DNA of 64,000 bases from Scenedesmus sp. PABB004 (Eukaryota). The notes under the pieces were generated by a model that was not told the origin of the DNA, did no database searches, and saw nothing but the letters and a program-made list of their open reading frames with translations. The DNA lies in contig JABVCE010000002.1 in NCBI GenBank assembly GCA_014905635.1, positions 248,001-312,000 on the forward strand, given 5' to 3'. This document shows positions 37,167 through 47,511 of this stretch, in pieces (the stretch's first letter is position 1; the number at the start of each line of letters is the position of its first letter). The position numbers were made by a program, and so were the translations under genes.

Positions 37167-39406
37167 CCCCCCACGTAGGCGCCGCGGTCAGAGACAATCC
37201 CTGTCTGGCCACGGCCTGAAGCTGCAGGTCGTGCGCGCGCCGCTGCCCCCCCGCAGCGTGTGAACGCGGCGGGAGGACGCGGCGGCGAGGCCGCGTCAGC
37301 GGGCGGGGCGCAGGCGGCCCCGCCCTCAGTGCTCAGCGTGCGTGTGTGTGTCCTTGCTGGCTGGCTACCTAAGGGGCCCCGCACGAAAAGCGTTGTGTGT
37401 GTGGGGTGGCTGACGGCTGGCAGCAGCACCAACCACCAACCACCACCAGGCCGGGCGGCGCGCCGTGCACCCGCAGCGGGGCGCCGCCCGTCTCTCAAGT
37501 GCGCGTGCGTGGCAACTCTCGCTCGCTCTGTACGCCCCCGCCCCGCTGCTCGGCGGCGGCGGCGGCCGGCCGGCGCCCCCACGCGGCCGCCGCGTGCAGC
37601 GGGGCGTGAGGTGCGCGGGGTCCATGCGGATGCAAGGCCACTCAGCGCGCGCGTGTGCGTGTCATGGTCATGGTGCCAGTCGGGTGACACTCAGAGAGAG
37701 AAAGCCGAGCGGCCACTGCGCCGGGGCCATTGCGGCCAACAAACCGAGAGCAGCGGCAGCCTCGCAAACAGCGCACCCACCCCCGCGTGTGTGGGGCGGG
37801 GGAGCCGCTGGGGGGTGCCCGCTGGGCTGGCGCCGCAGCGGGCACCCGCGCAGGCAGCCGCCAAGGCAATGGCAAGGCCAGCCCGCAGCGGCGCTGGAGC
37901 AGCCGCTGCTGCGGGGGGTCGCAGCCAGCCCCGCGCGCAGTGCGGTACTCGGTACCGATACTGATACCTACAGGGATACCTACAGGCATAGCCCACGGCG
38001 GAGGTGCGGACGAGTGCAAGTACGGCGCCGCCGCCAGCGCAGGGCAGAGCAGAGCAGCATCATCAGCAGACCATCCGCGCGGCCGATGCCCAGAAGCGCG
38101 CGGGGGTCGCTCGCCCGTTGGCTGCACGCAGGAATCAACGCAGGAATGCGCAGTGCGTGGGGCGTGATGCGTGGAGTGTGGCCGCCGCGGCGCCGGTGCG
38201 GTGGGTGGGTGCGTGGGGCGGAACCAGACGATCGCTTCTTCTTCGCCGCGGGGGCACGAGGCACAAATGCAGCTTGCGGGCAGGCAAGCTCAGTCGGTGC
38301 GGGCAATTGCCGCGCACCTGGTCGGCCTCGGTCGCGCTGGCGCGCCGCCGCCGCCGCCGGGGCAGCGGCGCGCCAGCCGGTCAGTTGGTCGGTGGTCATC
38401 ATCGCCGGCAGGCCGCCCTGGCGCACGCTCGGGCCGCGCGGGCCGAGGTCGGACGGCCCCCGCAGCCCCGGGCGTGGCCGGGGATGCGTGCACGCGCCGT
38501 GGGCCGCAAGTCGAGGGCCGGCGGCCCTTGCGCCCGGCGCGCCGCCGGCGGCGCCTGGCGCTGGCGCGCGCGCGCGCGCGCACCGTTTTGAGGCGCGCCA
38601 GGCGCCGCCGCCTCCTAAAATGCAAGTCGGGGGCCACGCTATGGCAGCTCTCGCAGCACCCACACCAATATGCCCCCACAGGCCCACCACCGCCCCGGTC
38701 ATGAAGTCGTGGGTGCTCCGCCCCAACTCGGCGGCAGCCGCGTGCGCGGCTGCCAAGTTCAGAGGGGGGCCAGTTCCGGCGCCGCCCGGCAGGGCCTGGC
38801 CGGGCAGCTTGTCCAGCGCACGCGGCCAGGCGCCGTGCCGGGGGCGCGCGCGCGCTCTGGCGTCCAATGCCCAAGCCCCGCGCTCGTGCAAAACCGGCCC
38901 ATGCCCCGACCCCGCCCAGCGGCCCATGGGCAGCGAGGCCGCAGCCCGCGCGCTGCCGGCTGGTCCTGTGGCAGTCGGGGCCGGCGGGCCTGTGGCAGGG
39001 GCCCGCCGCGCGCCTCCTCCGCGCCGCGCCAGCCGCCGCACCGCGGAGCCTGGCAGGCCTCACCCGCCGCCGCAGTCATGTGGCGCGCGGGGGCGGGCCG
39101 CCCGCCCCAGCAGCAGGCGGGCGGCGCGTGCACACGTGCAGGCAGGCGCGGCGGCTGATTGGAGCCGCCCAGCCAGCGCGCACGCAAATGCGAGAGAGGA
39201 GGGGAGCGCCTGAAGAATGTGAGTCATGCCGGGCCCAGCCCATGCTGCCGCTCGCGCGGCGCCGCCCTGCCAGTTCACCGTCCCAAGCACGCCCGGGCTG
39301 GCCGGCATGCGGCACAGGCCGCTCGTGGCCGGCCGCCGCGGGCGGGCGGGCGGGCAAGCCTGCGCTGCTGCCGCCAAGCCGCGCGGCCGCCGCGCCGGCG
39401 GCCTCA

Positions 39407-40580
39407 TCACAGGCCTGCGCTGGACCAGGCGTGGTGGACGTAGAGCAGCGTGTCAACCATCTTCGTCTTCATGTCGGGGCACGCGCTGTCCAGCGTGGAC
39501 TGACACCTGCGCGGGCAGGGCCGGCGGGCGGGCGAAGGGCACGGGGCACGGGGCGTGGGCGGGGCGGCGGGCGCAGGCGCGCCGCGCGGCCGGCCGCCTG
39601 CCGCCCGCGGCGCGGCGTCGCAGCAGCTGCTCACCGCTTGCAGAACGGCACCTCGGCGCCCAGGATCACCTGCTCGTGCGCGGTCATGCAGCCGCAGCCC
39701 CTGCGCGCCGGCGCGGGGCCCGTCAGTTGCGTACTGCCGCCCGTGCGGTACGGAGCGCGCGCTCGGCCCGCCGCCGATCCTTGCGCGCGCCACGACCCGC
39801 GCGTGCGCACCTGCACTTGCTGAACCAGCCCTCGCAGGCGTCGCCGGCGGCGTCGGCGCCGCCCTGCGTCGCCTGGGAGGCGTACTCGAGCTGGCAGCCG
39901 GAGCTGGCCGACGACGACGGCGAGGCGGCGGAGGCCTGCGCGGGCGCGGCGGCAGGTCGCGACCCCGGCCGTCGGCGCTCATCCCGCCCGCACAGCGCCG
40001 GGGCCCGCGCCCTCGCTGCTTGCTGCCCAGGCGCGCCGCGCCCGATGGTGCCGACGATCAAACGCTGCCCAACCGGCCGCGACGCGCCGCACCTGCCGCG
40101 CCGGCGCGGCGTAGGCCTCCTTGGCGTGCCTGAAGACCCCCGGCGCGCCGGCAGCGCCGGGCGGCGGCGCCACCGCGTGCCAGGCCTGCGCGAGGCGGGC
40201 GGCGGGATCAGGCGCGATGAGGCGCCGGCGCGGTGCCGAGGTGGCGCCAAATGAGACGCACGGGCGCTGTCCGGACGCCAGCGCGGCGCCGCGACCGGGC
40301 CGCGGAGCGCGCTCGGCCGCGACCGGTGGGCCCCCGCGCGCCGCGCTCCGCCGCGGGCGCGGCCCGCACGCCCGGCACTGAGCGGCGCTCGGTCTTGCGC
40401 GCTCTTCGTGCGCGCAAGGCCGCCGGCGGCCCGCCCACGGCGCCGCAAACGGGGCCGCGCGGGCCGCACCCCGCCCCCCGCCCAGCCTGGCCGGCGCCCC
40501 AGCCCGCGGGCGCGCCTCACCGCCTCGCCGCAGTGCGCGCTGATGCCTGCGCCGCCGCAGGCAGCCTGCTGCCCGCTCAT
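39407..40580 (-). CDS. Small hypothetical protein with a CxxC...CxxC putative zinc finger, 5 exons
   Basis: GT-AG splicing gives ...ACEGWFSKCR|GCGCMTAHEQVILGAEVPFCKR|CQSTLDSACPDMKTKMVDTLLYVHHAWSSAGL*. The 5' exons are less certain. Confidence 0.65.
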
Positions 40581-40663
40581 GCTTGCTGTTGGGCGCGGGC
40601 CTTCGGTTTGTCCGCTCGCGAGCTCGCCCAGGCGCCGAGCTGCCGTGCCGCCCGCCCCTCGCT

Positions 40664-42813
40664 GCGATCGCTGCGTGACGGACGGCCTCGGCGGTGCGAG
40701 GCGGCGCAGACGGGCCGGCGGGCTGGGGCTTTGCGGCCTTCCAGCGGTCGAGCCGCACGCCCCTGGTTCAGCTGCGCCCGCCGCCGCTGCCCGGGCGTTG
40801 CCGTTGCTGCGCCCTCTCACTGCGCACGTCACGGCGCGGGCGCGCTGGAAATGGGTGGCGGTGGCACCAGGCAGCCGGTGACGCCGCCGCGCGAGGAGGC
40901 GATCAGGGCCGCTCCAGCCTGCCCCGCATCGGGCCGCCCGCCCCTCCGCTCACGCGCGGTCACCGCCGCCCGGCGCGGCGTGAAGCGCGGCGATGCCGAG
41001 CTCCTCGAGCAGCGCGCTAAAGTCAAACGCGCGCGGGTCGTGGTTGAATGGGTGCACGAACGCGTGGAACGAGCCGCCATCGACGTACAGCGCGCGCGCC
41101 AGCTCCAACACCGTGCGCCCCTGCGGCGGGCGCAGGGCGCGACGGGCGGGGCGCTCTCAGCGCGGCGCAGCGCGCAGCGCGGCCGGCGGCCGCGCGCGCG
41201 CGCGCGCTGCAGCCGGCAGCCCACCTCGGCCGCGCTGACGAGCCGGGGGCTGAGCACGTCGCCGCGCAGCAGCGCGAGGCCGTGGCTGGCGGCGAGGTCG
41301 CCGTACACCGTGACCGCAAAGTGCGGCGCCGCGGCGGCGCCGGCGCTACGAAACTCCTCGAGCGTCGTCACCAGCGCCTGCTGCGCCGGCTCGCCCGCGG
41401 GGTCGCCCTGCCACTGGCCCAGCAGCGTGACAAAGCCGCCGCCGGGCTTGCGCAGCGGCAGCAGGAAGAGCGGGCTCGCCGCCGCGCGCGCGGCCAGCAC
41501 GGCCGCGTCGTCGCGCGACGCCACGCTGCCAACGTGCGACCCCGACTCTGTGTGGTGCTGCAGCCAGATGGCCTCCACCTGGGGAGGGTGCAGCGGCGGG
41601 GCCGCGGGCGGCGTGTGGCGTGCAGGCGGCCGGTGCAACGGCTGGCGCTGGCAGCGCTGGCGGTGGCGGTGGCGCAGCGGCGCTGCGCGGGCGCGGCGCC
41701 CGGCTCCCCCTCCTGCGCGCCCCTCCCGCGCGCCTCGTCCGCGATCGCTGCGTGACGGACGGCCTCGGCGGTGCGAGGCGGCGCAGATGGGCCAGCGGAG
41801 GCGGCTGGGGCTTTGCGGCCTTCCAGCGGTCGAGCCGCACGCCCCTGGTTCAGCCTGCGCCCGCCGCCGCTCCCCGGGCGTTGCAGTGCCGCGCCCTCTC
41901 ACTGCGCACGTCACGGCGCGGGCGCGCTGGAAATGGGTGGCGGTGGCACCAGGCAGCCGGTGACGCCGCCGCGCGAGGAGGCGATCAGGGCCGCTCCAGC
42001 CTGCCCCGCATCGGGCCGCCCGCCCCTCCGCTCACGCGCGGTCACCGCCGCCCGGCGCGGCGTGAAGCGCGGCGATGCCGAGCTCCTCGAGCAGCGCGCT
42101 AAAGTCAAACGCGCGCGGGTCGTGGTTGAATGGGTGCACGAACGCGTGGAACGAGCCGCCATCGACGTACAGCGCGCGCGCCAGCTCCAACACCGTGCGC
42201 CCCTGCGGCGGGCGCAGGGCGCGACGGGCGGGGCGCTCTCAGCGCGGCGCAGCGCGCAGCGCGGCCGGCGGCCGCGCGCGCGCGCGCGCTGCAGCCGGCA
42301 GCCCACCTCGGCCGCGCTGACGAGCCGGGGGCTGAGCACGTCGCCGCGCAGCAGCGCGAGGCCGTGGCTGGCGGCGAGGTCGCCGTACACCGTGACCGCA
42401 AAGTGCGGCGCCGCGGCGGCGCCGGCGCTACGAAACTCCTCGAGCGTCGTCACCAGCGCCTGCTGCGCCGGCTCGCCCGCGGGGTCGCCCTGCCACTGGC
42501 CCAGCAGCGTGACAAAGCCGCCGCCGGGCTTGCGCAGCGGCAGCAGGAAGAGCGGGCTCGCCGCCGCGCGCGCGGCCAGCACGGCCGCGTCGTCGCGCGA
42601 CGCCACGCTGCCAACGTGCGACCCCGACTCTGTGTGGTGCTGCAGCCAGATGGCCTCCACCTGGGGAGGGTGCAGCGGCGGGGCCGCGGGCGGCGTGTGG
42701 CGTGCAGGCGGCCGGTGCAGCGGCTGGCGCTGGCAGCGCTGGCGGTGGCGGTGGCGCAGCGGCGCTGCGCGGGCGCGGCGCCCGGCTCCCCCTCTCCGAC
42801 GCACCTCGTCCGC
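40664..42813. repeat. Direct tandem duplication, unit ~1.08 kb (40664-41740 / 41741-~42813)
   Basis: Near-identical sequence offset by 1082 nt. The ORF track repeats identical peptides at 40993/42075 and 41023/42105. Confidence 0.95.
40950..41743 (-). pseudogene. 5'-truncated duplicate of ATP11 (exons 2-3 plus ~10 nt of exon 1)
   Basis: Exons 2 and 3 appear identical to the full copy. The start codon, presequence and nearly all of exon 1 are missing. Confidence 0.7.
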
Positions 42814-43071
42814 GGTCTTGTCGACGAGCAGCGGGAGCTTGATAATGTCGCCCAGTCGCTTGCTGCTCACGCCGCTGCTCGCGCCGCCCGACGACGCCCA
42901 GCGCCGCTGCGCCAGCTGCTGCTGGTGCTGCTGCTGCGGCCAGCTCGGCGCGCCGGCCGCTGCCAGCGCCAGCCACGGCGCCACAGCCTGCAGCAGCTGC
43001 CCCAGCGGCTGCCGCGCCGCCTGCGCGGCAAGCGCCGCCGCCGGCAGCAGCGCCCCCGCCGCCGCGCGCAT
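42032..43071 (-). CDS. ATP11: Mitochondrial F1-ATPase assembly factor Atp11/ATPAF1, 3 exons
   Basis: KRLGDIIKLPLLVDKTADE|VEAIWLQHH...SPLFLLPLRK...LVTTLEEF...HFAVTVYGDLAASHGLALLRGDV...FVHPFNHDPRAFDFSALL. Mitochondrial-type presequence ending RRWASS. Confidence 0.93.
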
Positions 43072-43371
43072 CCCTGCCCGGCTGTGCGATCTGCAGCGTG
43101 CAGTTTCACGCGTAAGCGGCAAGGAGTGCTGTGTAGCTGCGAGCGTGGGGGGGGGGGGGGCACTGGGAATGGGCGCGTTGCAGACGCCGCGGTCGAGCAC
43201 CGCGCAGCGGCGGGGGCTAAACCGCGCCAACCGCCCTCCGGAGTCTTTAGCTATGCAGCGTGTTGGGTGCTCCATCATTCCCCGCACCGCTGGTGGCGCC
43301 CGCAGCAAGCACCGCGCCGTTGCCGCGCCACAGCAGCGGAGCGCGCGCCGGTGCAGCGACCGCCGCCGCCA

Positions 43372-44536
43372 ATGCCGTCGGACCGCAAGAAGGCGGTCAA
43401 GGACAAGGCGGCGGCGGCGCGCAAGTCAAGGGGCGCGCCGCCCGCCGGCTCCGGCGCCAGCGCTGCGCCGCCGGCGGCGGGCGCGGCCGCCGGCGCGGGC
43501 GAGAGCGTGGCGTGCGCCGTGGAGCTTACCTTCCCGAGCAGCCTGACGGCGCGGCAGCGCGCGGTGCTGCACGAGGTCGCCGAGCGCGCGGGCCTGGGCC
43601 ACGCGAGCGTGGGCGAGGGCGAGGCGCGCGCGATCAGCGTGGGCCGCACCGACGGCGGCGCGCAGCAGCGCGTGGCCGCGCCGGAGGACGATGGTGGCGG
43701 CCTGGCCGACGAGCGCATCGCGGCGCTCCTGCAGCAGCACCTGGGCCTCGAGCCGGCAGCCTTCCTCGCCGCGGCGGCGGCGGCGCAGCCGCCGCCGGCG
43801 CGCGGCGCCAAGCAGCCCGGCGGCGGCGGGCGCAAGCAGCCCGCGGGCGCGCCGCAGCCGGGCCCCGTCCCGCAGGCGGCGCAATACGAGTCGGTGGCGT
43901 CGTTTGTCGCGACCATGGGCCGCCTGCTCGACATGGAGCGCCAGGCGGAGGTTGACGCGGCGCACGAGGCCGCCGCGCTGTGCAGCACCGCAAGGGCGCA
44001 GGTGCGGCGCCGGTCCGTGCGGCCCGGCCCGCGCCGCAGCAGTGCCCGCGGGCGGCACGCCGCCCTGGGGCACGTCACGCACGCGCGCGCCCCGCCGCCG
44101 CCCCGCCGCCCCCGTGCGCAGGCTCGCGGGCGCGCGCTGCTCAACCTGCGAGTGAGCGACGCCGAGGGCGGGCTGCTGGGCCGCACGCTGCTCACGCTCG
44201 TGCCGAACAAGGGCTTTGGCGCCACGCCGCCGCTGCCGCTGCCGGCGCACAAGTTTGGGCCGCACGACGTCGTCGCGCTGCGCCCCAACAGCGCGGGCCT
44301 CGGCGGGCCGCCCCTGTGCAGCGGGCTGGTCTACAGGTGCGCCGCCCTGCGCGCGCGGGCATCTTTTCGGCGTCGGCGGCGCTCGCCGTCCAGGCCCAGC
44401 GCCGTGGCGCCGCGGCGCAGGGTGCGGGACTGCTCCATCACGGTCGCCGTGGACGAGCCGCCCGAGGAGGGGCTGGACCAGCCGCTGCGCCTGGAGAAGC
44501 TGGCCAACGAGGCGCGGCGCGCGCGCAGCCGGGCCA

Positions 44537-44580
<44 letters not shown>

Positions 44581-46900
44581 ACGCGCTGCGCGGGCGAGCC
44601 GCCCCGGCGCCGCCGGGCGGCGCGCAGGTGACGTACCAGCGCCTGCAGGAGACGCTGCGCCAGCTGTCGGGCCCGGGCACCGACGGCCGCGGCGCGGCGC
44701 TGCGCGGCTTGCCGCTGCTGGACGTCATGTTTGGCGCCCGCCCGCCGCGCTTCGCCGCCGCGCCGCGGGGGTGGACCCCGCCCGCCAACACGCACCTGGA
44801 CGCGAGCCAGCAGGCCGCCGTGGCGCTGGCGCTGCGCGCCGAGGACGTGGCGCTCATCCATGGCCCGCCGGGTGCGCCGCGCGGCGGCGCGGGCGTGGGC
44901 AGCGCAGCCGTGCGAGCGCAGGCCCGCGCGGGCGCCGAGCGGCCCTGCCCGCGCGCTCCGTGGCGCAGGCACGGGCAAGACCACGGCCGTGGTGGAGGTC
45001 ATCCTGGCGGAGGTGGCGCGCGGCAGCCGCGTGCTCGCGGCGGCGGCGTCCAACATCGCCGTGGACAACCTCGTGGAGCGCCTCGCGGCGGCGAGCCCCA
45101 AGCTCAAGCTCGTGCGCGTGGGCCACCCGGCGCGCCTGCTGCCGCAGGTGCGGCGGCGGCGGCGGCGGCGCGCGGCCTGGCGCGGGCTGGCGCGGCACGC
45201 GCCGCCGGCGCGGCGGGCCGCGCCCACGCCGCGCCGCGCCGCTGGGCAGGTGCTCGACCGCAGCCTGGAGGCGCAGGTGCTGCGCAGCGACAACAGCAGC
45301 CTCGCGCGCGACTGCCGGCGCGACATGCAGCAGCTCAACCGCCAGCTGATGCGCCTGGAGTCCTGGAAGCGCGCGGAGCGGCGCCAGATCCGCGGCGAGC
45401 TGCGCGCGCTGGCCAAGGAGGAGCGCAAGCGGCAGCAGAAGGCGCTGCAGGAGGTGCTGGACGGCGCGCAGGTGCTGTGCTGCACGCTGAGCGGCGCGCT
45501 GCACCCGCAGCTGGCGGGGCAGGCGTTTGACGTGACCGTCATCGACGAGGCAGCCCAGGCGATCGAGCCCGCCTGCTGGTCGGCGCTGCTCAAGGGCCGC
45601 CGCGCCGTGCTGGCCGGTGGGGCGCGCGCGCGAGGCGGCGCCACGCGGCGCCGAGCGCGCCGCGCTCCCTGCCCGACCGCGCCGCCCACGCCCCGCGCGC
45701 CGCGCGCGCAGGCGACCACCTGCAGCTGCCGCCGACGGTGACGAGCGCGGCGGCGGCGGCGGCGGGCCTGGCGCGCACGCTGTTTGAGCGCCTGCAGGCC
45801 GCGCTGGGGCGCGAGGCGAGCGTGATGCTGACCGTGCAGTACCGGATGCACGCGCACATCATGGACTGGTCCAGCCAGGAGCTCTACGGCGTGCGCCGCG
45901 CCGCGCCGCGCCGCGCCGCGCCGCGCCGCAGCCGGGCGCCGGCCGCGCCGGCCGGGCGCCAGCCGCCGAGCGCGGCCGCTGACCGCGCCCGGCGCGCGCC
46001 GCGCCGCAGGGCCTGCTGGAGGCGCACGAGAGCGTGGCGGGCCACACCCTGGGCGACCTGCCGCACGTGAGCGCGCCCACCGGCGGCGCGCTGGACGAGC
46101 TGCCGCCGCTGCTGCTGATCGACACCGCGGGCTGCGACTGCGAGGAGCAGCAGGAGGAGGACGGCGACAGCCGCCGCAACCAGGCGCGGCGGCGCCCGCG
46201 CCCGCGCCCGCGCCCACGCCCACGCCCGCGCCTGCGGCTGACCCGCGCGCGGCGGCGCCCACGGTGCAGGGCGAGGCGGCGGCGGCGCTGGCGCACGTGC
46301 GGCGGCTGCTGGCGGCGGGGCTGTCGCCGCGCGACGTCGGCGTGATCACGCCGTACAGCTCGCAGGTGGCCGCCGCGCGCACACCGTCTCGCCCGCCGCC
46401 GCGCCTGCGCGCCTGCGCCCCTGCCCCACCCGCCGCGCGGCGGCGCGCCGCAGGTCGCGCTGCTCAAGGAGCTCGCGCCGGCGCAGCTCGCGGCGGGGCT
46501 GGAGGTGTCGACCGTGGACGGCTTCCAGGGCCGGGAGAAGGAGGCGATCGTCATCAGCATGGTGCGCAGGTGAGCGCGCGCGGTGGGGCGGCGGCGGCGG
46601 CCCCGGGGCGCGCCGCCGAGGCGGGGCCCGCCCGCGGCGCCAGGCCGCGCGCTGGCTGCGCGGCGCCCACGTGCGCGCGCCGTGCCGCGCCCGGTCCCCA
46701 GCAACGCGTCTGGCTCGGTGGGCTTCCTCGCGGACTGCCGCCGCATGAACGTCGCGGTCACGCGCGCGCGGCGGCATGTCGCGCTCGTGTGCGACAGCGA
46801 GACCGTGGCGAAGGACGCCTTCCTGGGCCGCCTCGTGGCGTACGTGGAGGCGCACGGCGCGTACGAGAGCGCCGCGGAGCTGGTCGACGGCGGCGGCTGA
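43372..46900 (+). CDS. IGHMBP2/SMUBP-2-like SF1B (Upf1-family) helicase with N-terminal R3H domain, 11 exons
   Basis: [18 protein letters not shown] (R3H), [68 protein letters not shown] and [12 protein letters not shown]. Confidence 0.95.
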
Positions 46901-47511
46901 GCGCGCAGGGCGCAGCGGCGCAGCGGCGGCGCAGGGCGCAGCGCGGCGCTGCCGCCGCGCCGTCCTCCGGCAACCACACTCCCGGCATCCCGGTCCCCGC
47001 CAGCGCGGCCCCCCGCGCAGCAAGCCCACAGTCCACCCGGCCTTGGGCAGGCCGAGCTTGCTGCGCCCGGCCGCGCCGCGCCCCGACAGCTGCCGTGCCC
47101 GCGATCCGCGCGTCGCCCCGGGCGATGGCGCGCTCGTGCTAGCGCGCCGCGGGCGAGCAGCGCCGGCGAGCGAGCAGCGCCCGCGCGAGCGGCGCCCCGG
47201 CAGCGCCGTCCGCCATGCTCCCAGGTGCGTGCGTCCCGCGCCGCCTCCACCGTGCCGGGCAGCAGCGCGTGGCGGGGCGGGCGGAGGCCGGCGCGCTGAT
47301 GGGGCCTTCGGCGGTCGCGCCAGCCCGCTAGCCGAGCCCCTGGAGGCGGCCTGGGCCTGTTCGGGCGCCCAGAGCCGGCAGCAGCCGCACCCGCGGCCCG
47401 GACTCAAATCCGGCGCCGGCTCGCGGGGCGCCGGCGGCGCCGCTGCAGCGACGCCCTCGCGCGCTGCGGCCGCGCCGCGCCGCAGCCGGCGACGTCTCGG
47501 CCGGGCTGGCA

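Noticed and set aside
40664..42813. Duplication as LTRs of a retroelement
   Set aside because: The copies are adjacent, consist of host exons and enclose no internal gag/pol sequence.
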